Assembly: GCA_009782385.1 (NCBI GenBank)
Contig: WRJE01000002.1
Span: 2,663-66,662, forward strand
Direction: 5' to 3'
DNA length: 64,000 bases
Source of the DNA: Oscillospiraceae bacterium
GTDB lineage: Bacteria > Bacillota > Clostridia > Oscillospirales > UBA929
The notes beneath the pieces were generated by a model. It saw nothing but the letters and a program-made list of their open reading frames with translations. It was not told where the DNA came from and did no database searches. Below, piece after piece: positions 27,058 through 34,700 of the stretch. Numbering within the stretch: position 1 is the first letter of the stretch; each line of letters starts with the position of its first letter. A program made the translations under genes and the position numbers.

Positions 27058-27228
27058 TTATCTCGCTTTAGGAGCGTCTACCGGGCATACGCCGGAACAG
27101 GCACCGCAGTCAATGCACGCTTCTTCATCAATAACAAATTTGTCATCGCCCGCTGAAATGCACGAAACCACGCACTCAGGCTCACAAGCTCCGCAGTTTA
27201 TGCAGTCATCATTAATGTAATATGCCAT
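27058..27228 (-). CDS. fdx: 2x[4Fe-4S] ferredoxin, 56 aa (below the ORF-track cutoff)
   Basis: Hand translation gives MAYYINDDCINCGACEPECVVSCISAGDDKFVIDEEACIDCGACSGVCPVDAPKAR. A GGAGGTG ribosome-binding site lies 5 nt upstream. Two CxxCxxCxxxC(P) motifs are present. Confidence 0.85.
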   Translation of the reverse strand: MAYYINDDCINCGACEPECVVSCISAGDDKFVIDEEACIDCGACSGVCPVDAPKAR

Positions 27229-27361
27229 TATTACACCTCCATGTTATTTTTTCTATTTATCCAAAGCAAGTATAAACAAAAAAACTTAAAAAAGCAATAG
27301 GTTATAAAAATTTTCTGACGGCAATATAATTATTTATTACGTTTTTATGGAGGAATTAACC

Positions 27362-28060
27362 GTGACAATAGCCGTAATCGCCGCCCAAGCCCCCGTTAAC
27401 TATATAGCCGCCCTTGGAAGAGCCGGCTTCGTCCCCAAAACATATATCGTACCGGATAAGCTGTCATGGCACGAAGCGGGTCGGACGGCGCGGGAAATTG
27501 CGGACAGTCACGATGCGCTTCTGCTTCCGGGCGGCGGTGATATGCGCCCCGAGTTTTACGGGCAGGAACTCAACGGCTCGAGAGACATCAACCTTAACCG
27601 CGATATTTTGGAGTTGTGCGCGTTGGATGCGTTCATAGCGCGGCGCAAGCCAGTACTGGGTATATGCAGGGGTTTGCAGACGATAAATGTTTACTTCGGC
27701 GGCACGCTTTTTCAAGATATGAACGGACACGGTCAAATAGACGGCAACGACAGCTTTCATACGGTCGAATGGGGCGGGAAGCAAACCGAAGTCAATTCCG
27801 CGCACCATCAGGCGATTGACAGCTTGGGGAACGGACTTTTTATGACAGCCGTGAGCGGAGACGGTATAATCGAAGCTGTCGCGCATGAATCACTGCCTGT
27901 TGCCGCATATCAATGGCATCCTGAGCGGCACAGTCCAACGTGTGAAACGGTTTTTGACAGGTTTATGGGTTTATGCAAACAATATACCACACCCCTACTT
28001 GGCGGGAGTTGTGACTATGCCCTGCGGGGTCTTTGTGAAGCGGATATATTTATGAATTGA
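27362..28060 (+). CDS. Class-I glutamine amidotransferase / peptidase C26 (gamma-glutamyl-GABA hydrolase family)
   Basis: It has the nucleophile elbow GICRGLQ, HHQAI and WHPE. GTG at 27362 is preferred because GGAGGA lies 7 nt upstream. The ORF-track ATG at 27347 lies inside that ribosome-binding site. Confidence 0.75.
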   Translation: MTIAVIAAQAPVNYIAALGRAGFVPKTYIVPDKLSWHEAGRTAREIADSHDALLLPGGGDMRPEFYGQELNGSRDINLNRDILELCALDAFIARRKPVLGICRGLQTINVYFGGTLFQDMNGHGQIDGNDSFHTVEWGGKQTEVNSAHHQAIDSLGNGLFMTAVSGDGIIEAVAHESLPVAAYQWHPERHSPTCETVFDRFMGLCKQYTTPLLGGSCDYALRGLCEADIFMN

Positions 28061-29395
28061 GGGGAGTACATATCGCGCTGAACCTATGACGATATGAGAA
28101 CCCTCGGTTATAACACCTTCAACAATGACTGTGCCGAAGCCGGAAGTTTTCATGCTCTCCTCTATCTCTTCCCACTCGCTCTGAAGTTCGGCGAGATTAC
28201 TCTTCAGCACGTTCATCGTGTTTTTGACAGCTTCATACTCTATTATTTTATCTACCGTGAGCTGTCCGCGTTTTTCCCTGTCCGCGAAAATATTGTAAAT
28301 CATTTCAAGGCTTCGCAGTTTCTTTTCCGCTTCGGCCGCCTCTTTGGGATTGTTCATTTTACGCTGAATGAGTTCGGGGTCTGAGCCTACTTCTAAAACA
28401 ACCGGCTTAGATTGTCCGGAAGTCCCGGCGTTAACGCATTTTATCGTATTCCGAGCAGACAGCGATGAGTTGTAAATCTGTGATTTCGCGCCCGCAACGG
28501 TAAGCGTATCGCCACTACGCACGGTACATCCGATAATAAGTGAAGTGTAAATATTTCCTTTTGCGCTGACTTTGCCGTTTTGCAGATATTTACAACTTAA
28601 ATCGCCGCCGGAAATAATCTCACCCGATGATATGCCGTTAAAGCCGTTGTCTACAATGATACTTCCGCCGGCCTCGACAGAGCCGCCGTCCAACATACCG
28701 TGTACGGTGACGCTTCCCGAGGCTTTAACTTTATAGCCAATCATCACGTTGCCGTTTACCTTGACACTGCCGATAAAATCTATGTTTCCGGTTTCTACGC
28801 CGACATTCTGCTCTATTGTCAAAAGATTGCTGACCGTCACGCGCTTATTAACGACAGCTATATTGCCGTCAACAGCCGCGTAAAGGGCGAGCCCGTCATC
28901 CGATGCTTTCGTACCCGCGCCTATTGGCAGGGGTACATCCTTGCCGGATATACCCGGCAGTTCCGCGCCCAATACATTTTTACCCGGCATTCCCGATGTG
29001 GCGGGCTTTTTGGTGCATAGCAATCCGCCCGCGTTTACATTGCTGACCAGACCCAAATCTTTATAATCGACCGAACCGTCCTCGCGCTCGCGCGGCTTGA
29101 GTTCCTTCTCTGTCGCAAAATGATACTCTATTACCGCGTCATCGCCCCGCGTTGGTTTTTGGGCGGACGCGATAACTTCCTGACGGTTATACGGGGGTTC
29201 TTCACCCGTAAGCCATTTGATTGAATCCGCGCTTATACCGTAGACAACGCCCGCGGCTCTTATAGCCGCGTTCAGTCCATCGGCGGTTACGGGATTTCCG
29301 CCGTTCTGCGGCGGAGTTAGGGTAGCAAAGGCGTTCATTTTATCTGCGGAGACCGCAATAGTGACTTTCGAGTCGATTGGAGTTTTAACGTCCAT
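27995..29395 (-). CDS. FapA/DUF342 family protein
   Basis: It has an N-terminal FapA_N-like segment and a long beta-helix-like repeat region (GNI..G.V.V.G.V). The C-terminus is a coiled coil. Confidence 0.7.
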   Translation of the reverse strand: MDVKTPIDSKVTIAVSADKMNAFATLTPPQNGGNPVTADGLNAAIRAAGVVYGISADSIKWLTGEEPPYNRQEVIASAQKPTRGDDAVIEYHFATEKELKPREREDGSVDYKDLGLVSNVNAGGLLCTKKPATSGMPGKNVLGAELPGISGKDVPLPIGAGTKASDDGLALYAAVDGNIAVVNKRVTVSNLLTIEQNVGVETGNIDFIGSVKVNGNVMIGYKVKASGSVTVHGMLDGGSVEAGGSIIVDNGFNGISSGEIISGGDLSCKYLQNGKVSAKGNIYTSLIIGCTVRSGDTLTVAGAKSQIYNSSLSARNTIKCVNAGTSGQSKPVVLEVGSDPELIQRKMNNPKEAAEAEKKLRSLEMIYNIFADREKRGQLTVDKIIEYEAVKNTMNVLKSNLAELQSEWEEIEESMKTSGFGTVIVEGVITEGSHIVIGSARYVLPSIHKYIRFTKTPQGIVTTPAK

Positions 29396-29410
29396 ATTAA
29401 CCGCCCTTTC

Positions 29411-31681
29411 CTATCTCTGCGCGAACTCCAGTTCATCCAGTATTTCCTGCGGAGCTTTTTTGCCCATCTGCGTAACTCTCTGAATAACGCGCTGTATATA
29501 TTTTACGCGCTGCTGACGTTTTATACCGTTTCGGGTCAGCAACTCCGTGTATCGCGGGTTTTTCATTAGGTTCTCACGTATATCGGCTGAAAACGGGCAG
29601 TAAGTCAGCATAAATTTCAAAACGATTCTGTTGAGGTGAGGCGAGCCGTTCGATTCGTTGAGCAGCCACTTTGAATATTCCATTACAAACGCCGTTTTGT
29701 AGTTCTTGTTCGCGCGTGACATCATACTCTTGACAAGTTCTCTGGCTTCCGGTGAAAGCTCTTTGTTGTTCTTATAAAATTGCAGATAATCGCTGTATTC
29801 ACTGGTGAGCGACGGTTCTGTGATGTCGTTCCAACGCAGTCCCTGAACGCGCTTGCACATCTCCCAGCGGAACTCGCCCGTAAGTTTTATTGCAAGAGCC
29901 TTCAAGTCGGTTTCAAGGAATATAGATATAAACATTCTCGCGGGAGTGGAGCGTTTTCTGCCCTCAATATCCTGCCACATCGCGCCCCTAACGCCGATGT
30001 TCGGCATAATAATTATATTGGGCAGCACTTCAATATGTGTGGTTTCGTTGTTTATCTCAAGTTCGGGATTCGTGTACAATATTTCGCGGTAGTATGCCGA
30101 GAAGTCAATACTGCGGATATCATCGAACGTTTTTTTCAGCAGTTCGGGATTGACAAACGATGCCTCCAATTTCCGCTGAACGACATGGTCGCTGAATACC
30201 GGGCAGAAAGTGGTTATGCGCCCGAATGTTATTTTATTTGCCACAGGGAACACATTATCCATCTCAAAGCGCAATTTCGCCATATTGTCTTTCAAAAGGG
30301 CGGCTTCTTCCTTGTCATCTATCTTCCGCTCTTTTTTTAAGGAATGGAGATGTTCGGGATAATCCATATCATATTCATTGCGGCAGGGTTCTACTTTGCC
30401 CTCGTAAACCGCCGTAAGCCAATCGCGGAGCAGATATATACCGTTGTCCGGATCGCCTTTTAACGAGTCGGCAATCGAATACAGATAGTCCGCGTTTTCG
30501 TGACCCGCGAGAGCCGCGTCAACATATCCGAAATTGAGGAACATTTTGATTATGGTTGGCGGCGCGGGGTCTTCAAGAGTTTTAATAAAGACAGGTTGAT
30601 ATATTTGGTAGAAAAGATCGGTTAACTCTCTCCGCAAACCGCGCACAACATCACTGGAGTCTGACCTGTCGGAAACCATAGTAAAGTTACGCACCAAATG
30701 CTTGAATTTATTGCACATCTCCTCTGGACATTCGGAATATTCAAGTATGACATCCAGTGAATCCGACAGATTTTGTTTCGCTTCACCTTCCGCCGGAGCG
30801 TCCGTCAGCACCTGTTCCGACCGCCGTGATTCCAACTGCTCCTGATATGCGGTCAGTCGATTCTTAAAGATGTCGGGGTCGATGTCCGTCATGCCGAACA
30901 GCAGTACCGTTAAGCGCGACACGAGGGCCTCTACTATAGCGTCCGCACCTTTTATATTGATTGAGCTTATGTGCAAATCCGCAACCAGAGAGAATAAATC
31001 ATGTCCTTCACTGTTGAGCAATATTTCGGACAGCTCCCGCAAGTTATTCTGATAACCGCCGCAAGACTGATATACATTAAGTATATCTTCCGCGCTTTTG
31101 CGTAAAAATCCCGATGAAATCCCGAGTTTGCAATAGAAGAAGCCCTTATATGTCGTTGGGTCAAGTCCTTTAATTTCCGAATAATAGTTGTGCATCCAGT
31201 CGCTTATCGGGTCGGATTCCGAAAACCGTTTAATTTCAGACACGCCGGGGAGCTTCTTAGGCGTGAGCGCGTATAACGCGCACAGCCGCTCGTATTCCGG
31301 GTACAGTTCTTCAATCGTCTCATACGCGCCATCGGCCTCATGCTTGAGCGCGGCTCGGTATTGAAGAACGCCCGCTATTTGACGGCACATAGAGTTAATC
31401 AGGCGGAACGCCACATCGGCGTTGTCGCGCAGCAACGATTCTAAAGCATCGAAGCTCTCGCAGGCGTATGTCAAAATGGTAACGTCTGAAGCGGCGGTGT
31501 ATGTATGGCTGTGGATACCCGCGCTGAGGTCGCATACTCCGATTACATCACCTTTCCCCAAACGGAAAGGATGTCCGCTGAATGAAGCCTCAACACTTCC
31601 GTTCGTTATAAAGGAAATATGCTTTAGGTGTTCGCCCTGCTGGCATAAGACCGAGCCTTGCTTAAATTCTGATAACGGCAT
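29411..31681 (-). CDS. Large cyclic-nucleotide-binding-domain protein (about 756 aa; remainder uncharacterised)
   Basis: The start is MPLSEFKQG after GGAGGT. The N-terminal cNMP-binding beta-barrel reads FKQGSVLCQQGEHLKHISFITNGSV...PFRLGKGDVIG. The remaining 600 or so aa have no motif I recognise. Confidence 0.65.
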   Translation of the reverse strand: MPLSEFKQGSVLCQQGEHLKHISFITNGSVEASFSGHPFRLGKGDVIGVCDLSAGIHSHTYTAASDVTILTYACESFDALESLLRDNADVAFRLINSMCRQIAGVLQYRAALKHEADGAYETIEELYPEYERLCALYALTPKKLPGVSEIKRFSESDPISDWMHNYYSEIKGLDPTTYKGFFYCKLGISSGFLRKSAEDILNVYQSCGGYQNNLRELSEILLNSEGHDLFSLVADLHISSINIKGADAIVEALVSRLTVLLFGMTDIDPDIFKNRLTAYQEQLESRRSEQVLTDAPAEGEAKQNLSDSLDVILEYSECPEEMCNKFKHLVRNFTMVSDRSDSSDVVRGLRRELTDLFYQIYQPVFIKTLEDPAPPTIIKMFLNFGYVDAALAGHENADYLYSIADSLKGDPDNGIYLLRDWLTAVYEGKVEPCRNEYDMDYPEHLHSLKKERKIDDKEEAALLKDNMAKLRFEMDNVFPVANKITFGRITTFCPVFSDHVVQRKLEASFVNPELLKKTFDDIRSIDFSAYYREILYTNPELEINNETTHIEVLPNIIIMPNIGVRGAMWQDIEGRKRSTPARMFISIFLETDLKALAIKLTGEFRWEMCKRVQGLRWNDITEPSLTSEYSDYLQFYKNNKELSPEARELVKSMMSRANKNYKTAFVMEYSKWLLNESNGSPHLNRIVLKFMLTYCPFSADIRENLMKNPRYTELLTRNGIKRQQRVKYIQRVIQRVTQMGKKAPQEILDELEFAQR

Positions 31682-31690
31682 ACTAACCTC

Positions 31691-31755
31691 CAGATAACAA
31701 TTAACAGATAACAATTAACAATTATAATTGATAATTAACAATTATGATTATAACA
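31691..31755. repeat. AT-rich tandem/palindromic repeat (CAGATAACAATTAA x2, then CAATTATAATTGATAATTAACAATTATGATTATAA)
   Basis: Read directly. It fills the gap between the giant-kinase stop and the ribosome-binding site of the cNMP-binding gene. Confidence 0.7.
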
Positions 31756-31771
31756 TCCGATATTGTTAAAA

Positions 31772-34700
31772 TCAAGGTAAACTTGTCAATCGTTCAATAA
31801 TATCCGCCGCGTGACCGTAGTTCATTATTTGCACCGCTTCTTTAAGGTTAACAATCTCGTCCGTCAGCGTTCCGCCTGTCTCCACACCGTCCAGTAAATC
31901 GAGTTCATCAAATAAAGCCGAATAATCCGTGTTTGCCATAGCGTCCGTTATCCTGCCCAGAATCGGGAGCAGTTTCGGAGGCAATTCCGGGACACTCTGC
32001 CTCTCTCGCAAATCCGAAAAAGCGTTGTTCAGTTCAGCATATAACGTAGTCAGCTCGGCGATAAAATTCGGAAGCCGCAAGCCGCATAACTCAATGTTAT
32101 CCTCCATTGAAGCATTCTCCAGTTTGAGTGCTTCCGATGACATTCCCAACGCGCCTACGAGAGATAACGAACCCTTTATTCCGTGTACCTCTGTGCGGAA
32201 GCTCTTCATATCTTTATCCGCCAGAAATTTAGTCAGATTATCAATGCTCTCTCTCATCTCCCGCGTAAATATTTCCAATGTGTTCTTATATACGCTCACT
32301 TGCCCGGCGGCAGTATCAAGTCCTATATCCGCAGAAAGTCCCTTTATGCCGTATATTTTATGCCAAAAATCTTTATCATTCTCGTTCATGTCCGCCGCGC
32401 CGTTATCGGGCGTATTCGGATTATCAACGAACTTATCCTCGGGAATCCATTCCTTCAACACGCGGTACAGCTCCGCTTTATCTATGGGCTTTGAAAGAAA
32501 ATCATCCATACCGGAGGACAGCAGCAGTTCCCTCGCGCCTGAAACGGCGTTGGCGGTCAGAGCTATAATCGGAATCCCAACGCCCATATCGCGCAGGATT
32601 TTAGTCGCCTCAATGCCGTCCATCTCCGGCATCATGTGATCCATAAATATCAAATCATATTGATTGTTCGCGGTCATTTCGATGGACAATGCGCCGGAAA
32701 TTGCTTTGTCCGCGTCAATAAGACACTGATTCAGCAGCCCGCATATAACGTTTAAGTTTGTCTCCCTGTCGTCTACAACCAGAACTTTCGCAGTTGGCGC
32801 GTAGACGATATCGGCATCGGAGTCCATGTGCTTGATTAAGTTCTTATCTCCCGGAACAAACGGCAGTGTTATGGTAAACGTTGAACCCTCGCCGTATACG
32901 CTCTCTACCGAAATACTGCCGCCCATCAGGTCAACCAGTGATTTGGTGATTGCCAAGCCAAGACCCGTTCCCTCTTGATAGCGATTATTATTCACATCAG
33001 CCTGCTCAAAAGCGTTGAACAAAATCGGCAAGTCCTCCTCCGGTATTCCCATTCCGGTATCGCTGACTGTTATCATCATATTTGAACCGTCAACACCGAT
33101 AGTCAGAGCGATACCGCCCTTTTTAGTATACTTTACGGCGTTGTTCAGCAGATTCAGAAGTATCTGGCGCAGTCGCACATCGTCTCCGTACAGGCATTCC
33201 GGCAGCTCTGATTGTATATCCACATCGAAAAACAGCTTTTTATCCTTATCTTTTATTAAAAATATTATCATTGAACCGATGTGGTCTATGAGCATTTTAA
33301 TATTGTAATGCACGGGCAGCAAGCTCAGTTTAGCCGTCTGTATCTTGGACAAATCCAAGATACTGTTGATAATGTCAATCAGCGCGAGACCGGATATCCT
33401 AATGTCTTCGGCATAACGGTGCTGACGTATGTTCAAGTCCTCAGACAGCAAGAGGTCGGACATACCGATAATAGCGTTCATCGGCGTGCGTATTTCATGA
33501 GACATATTTGCCAAAAACTGTGTTTTCGCATCGCTCGCCGCCTGAGCCGCTTGTCTTTGGATTTCTAAGTCCTTTTCGCGTTCCATGCTTCTCAGCATTT
33601 CCTGTATCATTTCGTGGCGCAGAAGGGTGTTGGCAATCATAAGCGCACAGGAGCGCAATATGTCCAGCTCAGTTTCGTCAAATATCCGCCCCTCGCCATG
33701 GCAGTGGTCAAGACCCATATACCCCCAAAAATGACCTCGCAAAAATAGCGGTATCACACAGAGGGATTGAATGCCTTGCACTGAGAGCTGCCGCTGTTCC
33801 GCCGCGGACATATCCCGCACAAATTTATTTATACAGTGTCCGTTTTTCAGCGTCTCTTCCCATCCCGGTATGACATCGTCATACGACACCTCTTTTGTCA
33901 AATCTTTATTGATTTGAGATTCAACGCCCTCCGCCCATTCATAGATTTGTGTGCAATACAGCCGCCCGTCCCTAACGCTATTGGTCCAAACAGTGGCGCG
34001 GTCGGCGTTCACGGTTTTGCCAAATATTTCCATGCAGTGAACCAAATCGCTGTCGAAATTTTCCGTTTCCGATTGGAGCAGAACGCCCGCCACTTGATTC
34101 GACATATTCATCAATTTGTCCCGCCGCTCTATCGCGCTGCTCATTTTCTGCTGTTCACGCAAATCGCGCAGGTATCCCGCGACCGCGTAATCATCCTCAT
34201 AAGCGACGCGTAAAAGAGAAATATGACATGGTATGGGTGTCCCGTCAATCGTTTGGTGCATCCACTCAAAGTCACATCCGCCCGTATCAAATGCCGTTTG
34301 AACCATCGCCGTTATTTTGTCTGCCGAAAGACACCCATCGGGCTGCCGCTCGGGGCTGAGTTCATGGTGACGCTCTATAAACTCGTTGATGTTTTTTAAG
34401 TTAAAAAGCCTTACGTATGCTTCGTTGCAATCAAATAAGCGGCTTTGCCTGTCCCATAGCGTTGTGCCAATCGGCGATACATCCATGATGGCTTTTGCGC
34501 GTTCATGTGCCTCATTCAGCTTTGCGTCTTGCTCATTACGGTAAATGGCGGTAACAAGCATTAAGCCGGCGGAACGCAGTATGCCCGCTTCGTCTTCCGA
34601 GAAAAAGTATTCCCTTCTGCAATCGTCAACGCAGAATATTCCCCAAAATTCTTCCTCAAAGAACAGCGGGATGGTAATCGTAGACTTAATGGGGTCGAAC

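Noticed and set aside
27017-27220. 67-aa plus-strand ORF from the ORF track
   Set aside because: The opposite strand encodes a textbook 2x[4Fe-4S] ferredoxin with a strong ribosome-binding site. The plus-strand ORF is its shadow.
27995-28060. 66-nt convergent overlap between the amidotransferase gene and the FapA gene as a potential antisense regulatory arrangement
   Set aside because: Both C-terminal tails are non-conserved-looking extensions. The overlap is most simply explained by late stop codons, and I see no structure or motif in it.
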